A stretch of DNA of 64,000 nt from Mobula hypostoma. Taxonomy: Eukaryota. Shown here piece by piece: positions 38,213 to 49,001 of this stretch; position 1 is the stretch's first letter; every line of letters begins with the position of its first letter. The DNA lies in the NCBI RefSeq assembly GCF_963921235.1, contig NC_086109.1, positions 12,958,001-13,022,000 on the forward strand, read 5' to 3'. The translations under genes were made by a program, and so were the position numbers. The notes below the pieces were generated by a model, which saw nothing but the letters and a program-made list of their open reading frames with translations, searched no databases and was not told where the DNA came from.

Positions 38213-39148
38213 ATGAGTGTGAGGGCAGTTTGTTGTTCTCGGTGTCGGATGTGGGAGGCCCTGGAGTCTCCAAGCCTCCCGGACGTCCACATCTGCGCCA
38301 AGTGCATCGAGATGCAGCTCCTAAGGGACCGCGTTTTGGAACTGGAGCTGCAGCTCGAAGACCTTCGTCTGGTCCAGGAGAGTGAGGAGTTGATAGAGAG
38401 GAGTTATAGGCAGGTGGTCACACCGGGGCCACGGGAGGCAGACCAGTGGGTCACGGTTAGGAGGGGGAAGGGGAAGAGTCAGGTAATAGAGAGTACCACG
38501 GTGGCTGTGCCCCTTAACAATAGGTACTCCTGTTTGAGTACTGTTGGGGGGTACAGCTTACCCGGGGGAAGCGACAGTGGCTGTGCCTCCGGCACAGAGT
38601 CCGGCCCTTTAGCTCAGAAGGGTAGGGAAAGGAAGAGGAGGGCAGTTGTGATAGGGGACTTGATAGTAAGGGGGTCAGATAGGCAATTCTGTGGACGCAG
38701 TCCAGAGACCCGGATGGTAGTTTGCCTCCCTGGTGCCAGGGTCCGGGATATCTCTGATTGTGTCCAAGATATCCTGAAGTGGGAGGGTGAGGAGCCAGAG
38801 GTCGTGGTACATATAGGTACCACTGACATAGGTAGGAAAAGGGATGAGGTCCTGAAAGGAGAATATAGGGAGCTAGGAAGGGAGTTGAGAAAAAGGACCG
38901 CAAAGGTAGTAATCTTGGGATTACTGCCTGTGCCACGCGACAGTGAGAGTAGGAATGCGATGAGGTGGAAGATAAATGCGTGGCTGAGGGATTGGAGCAG
39001 GAGGCAGGGATTCAAGTTTTTGGATCATTGGGACCTCTTTTGGCGCAGGCGTGACCTATACAAAAAGGACGGGTTACACTTGAATCCTAGGGGGACCAAT
39101 ATCCTGGCAGGGAGATTAGCGAGGGCTACTGAGGTGACTTTAAACTAG
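38213..39148 (+). CDS. CR1 ORF1: zinc finger, coiled coil, SGNH esterase-like domain
   Basis: Uninterrupted frame from ATG 38213. Contains CSRC...CAKC, LQLLRDRVLELELQLEDL, VIGDLIVRG, HIGTTDIG and DGLHLN. Confidence 0.9.
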   Translation: MSVRAVCCSRCRMWEALESPSLPDVHICAKCIEMQLLRDRVLELELQLEDLRLVQESEELIERSYRQVVTPGPREADQWVTVRRGKGKSQVIESTTVAVPLNNRYSCLSTVGGYSLPGGSDSGCASGTESGPLAQKGRERKRRAVVIGDLIVRGSDRQFCGRSPETRMVVCLPGARVRDISDCVQDILKWEGEEPEVVVHIGTTDIGRKRDEVLKGEYRELGRELRKRTAKVVILGLLPVPRDSESRNAMRWKINAWLRDWSRRQGFKFLDHWDLFWRRRDLYKKDGLHLNPRGTNILAGRLARATEVTLN

Positions 39149-42100
39149 AATGGTTGGGGGGTGGGAATCAAATTAAAGAGGCTAGGTGAGAGGAGGTTAG
39201 TTCACAACAGGGGTATGGGAACCAGTGCAGAGAGACAGAGGGGTGTAAAGTGAGGGTAGAAGCAAAAAGTAGTAAGGAGAAAAGTAAAAGTGGCAGGCCG
39301 ACAAATCCAGAGCAAGCATCAAAAAGGGCCACTTTTCAAAATAATTGTATAAGGGCTAAGAGAGTTGTAAAAGAGCGCCTGAAGGCTTTGTGTGTCAATG
39401 CCAGGAGCATTCGTAACAAGGTGGATGAATTGAAAGTGCGGATTGTTATTAATGATTATGATATAGTTGGGATCACAGAGACATGGCTCCAGGGTGACCA
39501 AGGATGGGAGCTCAACGTTCAGGGATATTCAATATTCAGGAGGGATAGACATGAAAGAAAAGGAGGTGGGGTGGCGTTGCTGGTTAAAGAGGAGATTAAC
39601 GCAATAGAAAGGAAGATGTGGAATCGATATGGGTAGAGCTGCATAACACTAAGGGACAGAAAACACTGGTGGGAGTTGTGTACAGGCCACCTAACAGTAG
39701 TAGTGAGGTTGGGGATGGTATTAAACAGGAAATTAGAAATGTGTGCAATAAAGGAACAGCAGTTATAATGGGTGACTTCAATCTACATGTAGATTGGGTG
39801 AACCAAATTGGTAAAGGTGCTGAGGAAAAGGATTTCTTGGAATGTATGCGGGATGGTTTTTTGAACCAACATGTCGAGGAACCAACTAGAGAGCAGGCTG
39901 TTCTAGACTGGGTTTTGAGCAATGAGGAAGAGTTAATTAGCAATCTTGTCGTGAGAGGCCCCTTGGGTAAGAGTGACCATAATATGGTGGAATTCCTCAT
40001 TAAGATGGAGAGTGACATAGCTAATTCAGAAACAAAGGTTCTGAACTTAAAGAGGGGTAACTTTGAAGGTATGAGACGTGAATTAGCTAAGATAGACTGG
40101 CAAATGACACTTCAAGGATTGACGGTGGATATGCAATGGCAAGCATTTAAAGATTGCATGGATGAACTACAACAATTGTTCATCCCAGTTTGGCAAAAGA
40201 ATAAATCAAGGAAGGTAGTGCACACATGGCTGACAAGAGAAATTAGGGATAGTATCAATTCCAAAGAAGAAGCATACAAATTAGCCAGAAAAAGTGGCTC
40301 ACCTGAGGACTGGGAGAAATTCAGAGTTCAGCAGAGGAGGACAAAGGGCTTAATTAGGAAGGGGAAAAAAGATTATGAGAGAAAACTGGCAGGGAACATA
40401 AAAACTGACTGTAAAAGCTTTTATAGATATGTAAAAAGGAAAAGACTGGTAAAGACAAATGTAGGTCCCATACAGACAGAAACAGGTGAATTGATTATGG
40501 GGAGCAAGGACATGGCAGACCAATTGAATAATTACTTTGGTTCTGTCTTCACTAAGGAGGACATAAATAATCTTCCAGAAATAGTAGGGGACAGAGGGTT
40601 CAGTGAGATGGAGGAACTGAGCGAAATACATGTTAGTAGGGAAGTGGTGTTAGGTAAATTGAAGGGATTAAAGGCAGATAAATTCCCAGGGCCAGATGGT
40701 CTGCATCCCAGAGTGCTTAAGGAAGTAGCCCAAGAAATAGTGGATGCATTAGTGATAATTTTTCAAAACTCGTTAGATTCTGGACTAGTTCCTGAGGATT
40801 GGAGGGTTAGCTAATGTAACCCCACTTTTTAAAAAAGTGGGGAGAGAGAAACCGGGGAATTATAGTCTGGTTAGCCTAACGTCGGTGGTGGGGAAACTGC
40901 TGGAGTCAGTTATCAAAGATGTGATAACAGGACATTTGGAAAGCGGTGAAATCATCCGACAAAGTCAGCATGGATTTGTGAAAGGAAAATCATGTCTGAC
41001 GAATCTCATAGAATTTTTTGAGGATGTAACTAGTAGAGTGGATAGGGGAGAACCAGTGGATGTGGTATATTTGTATTTTCAAAAGGCTTTTGACAAGGTC
41101 CCACACAGGAGATTAGTGTGCAAACTTAAAGCACACGGTATTGGGGGTAAGGTATTGATGTGGATAGAGAATTGATTAGCAGACAGGAAGCAAAGAGTGG
41201 GAATAAACGGGACCTTTTCAGAATGGCAGGCAGTGACAAGTGGGGTACCGCAAGGCTCAGTGCTGGGACCCCAGTTGTTTACAATATATAGTAATGACTT
41301 GGATGAGGGAATTAAATGCAGCATCTCCAAGTTTGCGGATGACACGAAGCTGGGCGGCAGTGTTAGCTGTGAGGAGGATGCTAAGAGGATGCAGGGTGGC
41401 TTGGATAGGTTGGGTGAGTGGGCAAATTCATGGCAGATGCAATTTAATGTGGATAAATGTGAAGTTATCCACTTTGGTGGCAAAAATAGGAAAACAGATT
41501 ATTATCTGAATGGTGGCCGATTAGGAAAAGGGGAGGTGCAACGAGACCTGGGTGTGAGTATACACCAGTCATTGAAAGTGGGCATGCAGGTACAGCAGGC
41601 GGTGAAAAAGGCGAATGGTATGCTGGCATTTATAGCAAGAGGATTCGAGTACAGGAGCAGGGAGATACTACTGCAGTTGTACAAGGCCTTGGTGAGACCA
41701 CACCTACAGTATTGTGTGCAGTTTTGGTCCCCTAATCTGAGGAAAGACATCCTTGCCATAGAGGGAGTACAAAGAAGGTTCACCAGATTGATTCCTGGGA
41801 TGGCAGGACTTTCATATGAAGAAAGACTGGATGAACTAGGCTTGTACTCATTGGAATTTAGAAGATTGAGGGGGGATCTGATTGAAACGTATAAAATCCT
41901 AAAGGGATTGGACAGGCTAGATGCAGGAAGATTGTTCCCGATGTTGGGGAAGTCCAGAAAGAGGGGTCACAGTTTGAGGATAAAGGCGAAGCCTTTTAGG
42001 ACTGAGATTAGGGAAAACTTCTTCACACAGAGAGTGGTGAATCTGTGGAATTCTCTGCCACAGGAAATAGTTGAGGCCAATTCATTGGCTATATTTAAGA

Positions 42101-42171
42101 GGGAGTTAGATATGGCCCTTGTGGCTAGGGGGATCAGAGGGTATGGAGGGAAGGATGGTGTAGGGTTCTGA
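39139..42171 (+). pseudogene. CR1 ORF2 (APE endonuclease plus RT), disrupted
   Basis: [34 protein letters not shown] and FADD motifs. Lesions: TGA at 39187, a frameshift near 39615, a frameshift near 40810 and TGA at 41173. Confidence 0.9.
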
Positions 42172-42449
42172 GTTGGATGATCAGCCATGATCATAATAAA
42201 TGGCGGTGCAGGCTCGAAGGGCCGAATGGCCTACTCCTGCACCTATTTTCTATGTTTTCTATCTACAACTCTATCTTCATCAATGTGCTTGGTCACTTCC
42301 TCAAAAAATTCAATCAGGCTCATAAGGCATGACCTGCCTTTGACAAAGGCATGCTGACTATTCCTAATCATATTATGTCTCTCCAAATGTTCATAAATCC
42401 TGCCTCTCAGGATCTTCTCCATCAACTTACCAACCAATGAAGTCAACAG

Positions 42450-43320
42450 GATCTGTTCCAACAGAAAAGGCAGACAAAATCAAAAAGTTTAAATACCAGA
42501 CTGAAGGTGATATATTTGAATGTACATAGCATATGGAATAAAGTAGAGCAAAGTTGTAGATTGGCATGCATGATGTTGTGGCATCACTGAATCATGGCTA
42601 AATTATAGCTGGGGGTTTAATGTCCAAGGACACACAATGTATCGAATGGACTGGTAATAAGGTGAACAGAATGGCATTGCCCTGTAAAAAGTGAAATCAA
42701 ATCTTTAGAAAGGGATGACATAGGGTCAGAAGGTGTTGAATCATTGTGGATAGAGCAAACGAACTGCATGGGTGAAAAGACCCTAATGGGAGTTGTATAC
42801 AGACCTCCAGATAACAGCAAGGATGTGGTCTCCAAATTACAAGAGGTAGAAATTGCATGCCAAAAGGGTAATGTTACAGTGGTCATGGGGGGGTTTCAAT
42901 ATTTAGATGGATTGGGAAAATCAGGTTGGTGCTGGATTCCAATAGGAGGAATTTATAGAGTGCCCACCAGATAGCTTTTTAGAGCAGCTGGTGGTTGATC
43001 CCACCAGGGGATCAGCTATTCTGGACTGTGTGTTGCGTAATGAAGCAGATTTGATTAGAGAGGTTAAGGTAAAAGAACCCTTAGGGACGAGTGATCATAA
43101 TATGATCAAATTCACCCTGATTTTTGATTTCTCGGCCTCCACAGCCATCTGTAACAATGAATTCCACAGATTCACCACACTTTGGCTAAAGAAATTCTAC
43201 TTCATCTCTGATCTAAAGGAACGTCCTTGTACGCTGAGGCTGTGCCCTTTGGTTTTAGACTCCCACACTACAGGAAACATCCTTTCCACATCCATTCTCT
43301 CTAGGCCTTTCAATATGCAA
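42450..43320. mobile_element. Additional decayed CR1 fragments (endonuclease on +, 3' end on -)
   Basis: VYRPPDNSKD and GTSDHNMIKF motifs at 42744-43120; minus-strand 3' sequence at 43120-43320. Confidence 0.7.
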
Positions 43321-44009
43321 GTTCAAAAGTTCAAAGTTCAATGTACATTTATTGTCAACGTATGCATACATTATACAAACCTGAGATTCATTTCTTTACA
43401 GGCATTCATAAAACAAAGAAACCCAAAGTAAACCACAAACAAAAGAAAACTAACAAACACCCAATATTCAGAGAGAGAAACAGACAAATCGTGCAAAAAT
43501 AAAAGTAAACAACTAGCATTTAGAATAAAAGAAAGTCCTCAGACTCAATGCCTGGAGAAGCCAGAGCTGGATACAGCCTCAACCTAAATTCAGCGCAATG
43601 GCTTAATTAAATGTTGCAGAAGCTGCAAACACCAGGCCCAGAGCACAACTTTCTATTCACAATCACAACCACACTCAACGTGTGCTCTTTACCTTTCCAC
43701 CATTTACTTTTCACAATGAGCACTTTCCCAAATGACTCAACATACCTAACATTTAAATCCAGCAAAAACTAAAACTTCTCTAGTAACCTTGGGAGACATG
43801 TGGGATCTGCAAGGACAGAGTGGTCAACATTTCAGATTAATCCTCTGCTTCAGGACACCTCCAATCGTATATTTTTACTTCAGATTAGAACATTTGCTGT
43901 TGTTACTTGTGTCTACCATTTTAACTTTTCTCAACATTTTGTTCAGTCTTTGGAAAATGTTTAAATGTTTCTATCTTGCGAAATATAACAAAAAGCTTTT
44001 CAGGTTGTC

Positions 44010-44141
44010 ATGCACCACACTCCAGTTGCATCACAGTGGTTTTTTGATAAGAATTCCTGCTGCCTTCTTCCTCATTTTTATTTCACAGTTATTTCTTTCT
44101 GATGACAGTCAGGTCCCAGCTGGGTCTCTGTGAATAAAGCA
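44010..44141 (+). promoter_or_regulatory. Putative proximal promoter/5'UTR of gene B with RUNX-, GATA- and ETS/PU.1-like motifs
   Basis: ACCACA at 44014-44019, TGATAA at 44045-44050 and GAGGAA on the minus strand at 44068-44073, all within 130 nt of the ATG. These short motifs may be chance. A 3' splice-site-like TTTATTTCACAG at 44088 could instead mean an upstream non-coding exon. Confidence 0.3.
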
Positions 44142-44178
44142 ATGTGGACTTTGATTCTTCTGATTGGTCTCCTACCCG
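44142..44178 (+). CDS. Gene B leader exon (MWTLILLIGLLP)
   Basis: ATG in GCAATGT context, a hydrophobic 12-mer, and a G|GTGAGT donor in phase 1. Joined to V1 it gives the signal peptide MWTLILLIGLLPVSGA. Confidence 0.85.
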
Positions 44179-44269
44179 GTGAGTGACAAGCACTGGACAT
44201 TTGCATAATCAGTGTTGGTTTGGGGGTCGTACACCATTTCCACAACAACGCTTGAATACCCGTCGACAC

Positions 44270-44760
44270 TAAAGATGTCAGAAACTGGAATTCAGAGTAC
44301 ACTCCTGGAGGAACTCAGCAGGTTAAGCAGCATCTGTCAGGGGGAGGGGGAAATGTCAACGGTTCAGGTCAAGACCCTTCATCAAGTGTGAGTGGAGAGG
44401 GAGATAGTGTAAATAGGAGAGGGACAGGTGTGAGACTGGGACTGCTAGGTGGCTGGGGACTGAGGAGAGGTGAAACACGACAGGCAAATAGAATGGAGAG
44501 GAAAAGTGGTGAAGTTTGGAGGTATGTGAGAGGTGGAAGCAGATAAGGAGAAAAGGAGAACAGTGTGGAGTCAGGTGCGGGGAGAATATATCCAGCTGGA
44601 GAAATCTCCTAGAAGCTTTTAAGCAGGAACATCAGATTTATCATTGCTGGAATCTGATCTCACTCTGTAGGATCACTATGGCAATTGATGTTATTCTCTC
44701 GAAATCAGTGGTTTTCCTGGGCCATTTCATTGGGGCAATTGGTAAAGAACATTGCTAGAT
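44270..44760. repeat. Interspersed repeat with ACTCAGCAGGT...AGACCCTTCATCA motif (possibly Penelope-like derived); related copies at about 34066-34200 and 58785-58900
   Basis: The same motif recurs three times in the window. The family assignment is from memory only. Confidence 0.4.
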
Positions 44761-45438
44761 CTGGAATCAAAGACAAACCAGGGTGGGTAGGGATCAGAGA
44801 TTTCTGTCCCAAAAGGCCCTTCCGATCCAGATGGGACTTTAACAATCTGGTATTTGATCATTAACTCATTGATATGCAGTTTTTAATTCCAGAAATAATT
44901 AATAAATTGCATTTAAGCACCAAATGTATCTTTACAGAAACTGAAGTCACACCTGGATTTCTAGACACCAAAGGGTAACGACCACTGTTGCACCACCTTC
45001 TAACTACACATAGAAATATTTGACAGGTACAAAATATAAAATTTGCATCAGAACCAGATGGCACAGAAGGCACAGTTTCAGACATCATGAGGGGTTTCTT
45101 TCTGCGGTTTATGAGCTTGTCTGTGAGTGAGGAGGAACTCAGGATGTTGGTCTCATGGTGAGAATTGAAACATAACCTCAAATGATCCTGCTGAGGCCCA
45201 TCTCAACCCCAGAGTTCCACAGAATCTGAGACACACCCACAAATCTGGGAGCATCCCAAATGAATTAGCTGTCATTTTTGTCTACATTTGACGGCACTTC
45301 AGATCAAAACTGTTGGCTGTGCTATCCTGGTCCATCCACGTGCTGGACATGACCTAGACCTGTTTTTACTGTAGTGTTCAAAGTTATTTGTTTGCATTAA
45401 GTTCTTCCTTTCCTCAAATCCGAAAATATCTTCTTCAG

Positions 45439-45759
45439 TTTCAGGTGCATTGTGGGCGGAGGAAAATGTAAGAGGAGTTGTGGGAAGAGCGATCACAATC
45501 GATTGTCACTATGAAGCAAAGTACCGCTCACACACAAAGTATTGGTGCCGTAGATGGAAACACCAATGTTCAGTTTTAGTGGAAACAAATGGGCAACATG
45601 GACGGAGTGGACGTGTGTCAATCACAGATAACCCGGAACAGAGAATATTTACTGTTACTATGGAGGACCTTCACTCTGAAGATAAAGGACGGTACATCTG
45701 TGGAATTGCACCACTAAGTATTGATAAAGGATTTATTGTAGATCTACAAGTCTCTGATG
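45439..45759 (+). CDS. Gene B V1 exon, CD300/pIgR/TREM-like Ig V domain
   Basis: TTCTTCAG acceptor, GTAGGT donor, 321 nt, phase 1-1. Contains TIDCHY, KYWCRRWKHQC and EDKGRYICG. Confidence 0.95.
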
Positions 45760-46124
45760 GTAGGTTTCTCAGTGATCGACTTTGTGCCTTCAATAATGTA
45801 AATGTCTCACCCATGTTTCCTCTGGTCAGTACATTAGATGTCCTGGGGAGTGACGAAGTGCTGGATCTTCAGTTACTGTTTTTGAATGGAGAAATGCCCA
45901 TCTCATGAATGTGTCTGAAAAACAGCAAAATCCTCCTCCTGTTCAGCCTCAGCACAGATTACAATATTTTCGTCCAGACTCTGTCCATCCCTCACCATCT
46001 CTGCATTAATATCAGTGTCAAATGTTTCCCTCTCTACAGCAGGTCACTGAACCCAGTCACAACTTCATTTTCCCCTGAAAGTCAGCAAGCATGTGCAGGA
46101 TATCTCACAAGTTGCTACCTTTAA

Positions 46125-47945
46125 AAACTTAGTGGTCACTTTATTAGGTTCCGCTTGCTGTTTGCCGCTGTAGCCAATCCACTTCAAAGTCTGATGTGTT
46201 GTGCATTCAAAGATGCTCTTCTGCTCACCACTGTTGTAAAATGCATGTTTATTTGAATTTCTGCCACCTTTCAGTAAGCTTGAACCAGTCTGGTCATTCT
46301 TCTCTGATCTCTCTCAATAACAAGGCATTTTTGCTCACAAATTGCTGCTCACTGGATATTTTTTGTTTATTTTTCACCATTCTCTGTAAACTCTAGAGAC
46401 AGTTGTGTGTGAAAATCCCAGGAGATCAGCAGTTTCTGAGACACTCAAACCACCCCTTCAGGCACCAATAATCATTCCATGGTCAAAGTCATTTAGATCA
46501 CATTTCTGTCCCCCATTCTGATGTTTGGCTTGAACAACTGAATCTCTTCCTCTTCTTCTTTTGACTTTTAATGGCAGTTAGTCCAACTTAAACGTGCATT
46601 ACCACCACCAAAAGGACTGAAGTGTGGTGTGGAGAATTAGGAAGTAAAAACCTTACTACTACTTTTCAAATGAAAGCTAATTAACCCCAAAGGTCGTATA
46701 GATTGTAAGTAGTGAAAGGTAATACTGAGAATTATAGTCACTCACATAACATCGTAAATTTTCAAATGAAAACTATCAACCCCCAAAAATTGTAATAAAC
46801 CTGCATTTTATTTCTTTCAACCATATACAGTATGCTTCACTTTGTAATATGTTCAACTGTTTCATAATGATGCCAAGAAAGCCGGCGGCTGACATCACTC
46901 AGGCACTCTCTCTTAAAAATGACAGTCCATGGCAAGATAAACCTAGAGGTTCATCACAACCTACATAACCCAGAATGATGTTTTCCAGCAAGATACAAGG
47001 AATAATTATGCATAGTATGCCAAATTCTAAGTCTAGTCAATATAATTCCTTCCTTTCTTGAATTACCCACTTCTCACACAAACCCAGCAGTTTTATGTAT
47101 TCTGTAAAGGTGTATCCTCTTATGCTCATTATCCCACAAGTCTTGTCATAAGCACCTAATTCTTAACCCTTCCAACCCCTTAGCTTCTGATTTTCTGAGT
47201 GGAAGGTCTATGTCCACAGTTGAATTTTTAACAGCTTTTTTAGCTAAACAATCAATGCTCTCACTCCCCTCAACACCTCTATGTGCAGAGACCCATAAGG
47301 AAAGGACGTGTAAACCAATACTTTGAATATGAAATAAAGTTTGATGAGCTTCCAACGGTAAATCTGACTTACTGCTAGAATAACCTGTTTAAGACTCATC
47401 AAAACCGAAAAGGAATCTGAACAAATTACTATTTTGCAAGGTCAAATTTCCTCCAACCACTCTGAGCCCAAAATGATGACATCCAATCCTGTTGTATATA
47501 ATGATAAATACTTTATAAGACATTTCTTGTTCGTTACCTGTAATTCAGGCATATAAACAGCCACACCAACATTCCCAGTTAAAATATATTTTGATCCATC
47601 TGTAAAAATGGTTAACATATCAGCATCATTTTCCATAATATACTGATGGACCTACAGACTTTCAGACATAACAGAATCCTTAGACTTTATTAAATCATGT
47701 AACCTAAAATCAGCTAAAGTCAGTGGGGAAAAAAAAACCAAAGAGGGGTTACCAAGAAAGCTACAATGGGACATATTGCATAACCTTACAAAGCCATATT
47801 CCTCACATGATAAGAACCCAGCCACCCAAAACTAAAAACACTGTTCTTGTGATGTTTCCAACAATCCTCCAACACACCTTTAACAGAATGATTATTTCTT
47901 AACTGAACCTCTTGACCATGTCTGCATGCTTTTATGGACTGAGCA
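46125..47945. mobile_element. Tc1-type MITE (same family as 26724) interrupted by an RNase H-bearing LINE
   Basis: Left terminus CTTAGTGGTCACTTTATTAGG; MITE sequence resumes at 47901 after the insertion. Confidence 0.65.
46549..47900 (-). mobile_element. I-group (Nimb-like) LINE 3' part with RNase H
   Basis: IFTDGSK (47442-47636) and WVSAHRGVEGSESIDCLAK (47146-47355); (GAA)n 3' tail. A 13-bp TSD AACTGAA[T/C]CTCTT lies at 46536-46548 and 47901-47913. Confidence 0.8.
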
Positions 47946-48619
47946 TAAAATATTCTCAGGTGTCCATGTGGATATTCTTGGGAAGTTACATGAAAATCTT
48001 TGTTGACCCTTTATATTTGTTCAATTAGATCTGCTCTTGATGATCTTTGTGTGGCTTATAGATTAGCTTCATCTTCAACTTTAAAATGTTTGGATGTGAT
48101 AGAAGTACAGGCTTTAAGGTTAAATTGTGGTGCAATAAGGTTACTGCTTTTTTGGTTGAAATGGAACAATCACCCTTACAATTGCAGAGGTTGATGCTGC
48201 TGATAGCCTACTGGATTAAATTGAAGGGGCAAAGAAATGATAATCCTTTTAGAGGTATGCTGGAAGACTTTTGAGAACATCACAAGATTTAGTTTGGGTG
48301 GCTGGGTACTTATCACTCTAGGAATATGGGTTTGTTGAATAATGCAATATGTCCCACTGCACCTTACTCTGTAATCCCATCTTGGTTTTTTCCATTGAAT
48401 TTAGTTAATTTCAGGCTACATGATTTAATAAAGTCTAAGAACTGTCTTATGCCTGACAGTCTGTTGGTTCATCAATATATTAAGGAAAATTATTATGATA
48501 TGTCAACCATTTTTACGGATGGATCAAAAGATAATTTAACTGGGGATGTTGGTCTGGCTCTTTTTGTGCCTACATTGTAGGTAACAATAAATAAATATCT
48601 TACTAATGACTTAACAGTT

Positions 48620-48930
48620 ATATGGGCATCCGTTAGTCTCATGAGACCATGGATTTGCGCTTTGAAAGATTTCCAGGGCGCGGCTCTGGGCAGGGTTGAA
48701 TGGAAGACTGGCAGTTGCCTATGCTGCAAGTCTCCCCTCTCCATGCCACCGATGTTGTCCAAGGGAAGGGCATTAGGACCCATACAGCTTGGCACCGGTG
48801 TCATCACAGAGCAATGTGTGGTTAAGTGCTTTGCTCAAGGACACAACACACTGCCTCAGCCAAGGCTCGAACTAGCGACCTTCAGATAACTAGACCAATG
48901 CCTTAACCACTTGACCACATGCCAACACGT
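48620..48930 (-). mobile_element. tRNA-derived SINE with CORE-like domain
   Basis: Reverse complement: TGGTCAAGTGGTTAAGGCA (A box), GTTCGAGCC (B box), then TGTGTCCTTGAGCAAAGCACTTAACC. Confidence 0.65.
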
Positions 48931-49001
48931 ACGTACAGTAAAATTGTTTGCCATCATTTTGGAAAGAAATTATATTGACTTGACTTAAAATTAGGCATAC
49001 T

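Larger units (their letters stand above)
37878..42262 (+). mobile_element. Full-length young CR1 LINE (about 4.4 kb): CpG-rich 5'UTR, ORF1, ORF2 with a few lesions
   Basis: 5'UTR 37878-38212; ORF1 38213-39148; ORF2 pieces 39250-39636, 39618-40814, 40837-41175 and 41197-42171; 3' end CCTACTCCTGCACCTATTTTCTATGTTTTCTAT. Confidence 0.95.
36690..42450 (-). mobile_element. Older CR1 RT/3' fragment (36690-37877 and 42263-42450) interrupted by the full-length CR1
   Basis: Minus-strand ORF pieces 36839-37765 ([16 protein letters not shown]) continue directly into 42263-42461 (RNSQHAFVKGRSCL) once 37878-42262 is removed. Confidence 0.85.
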
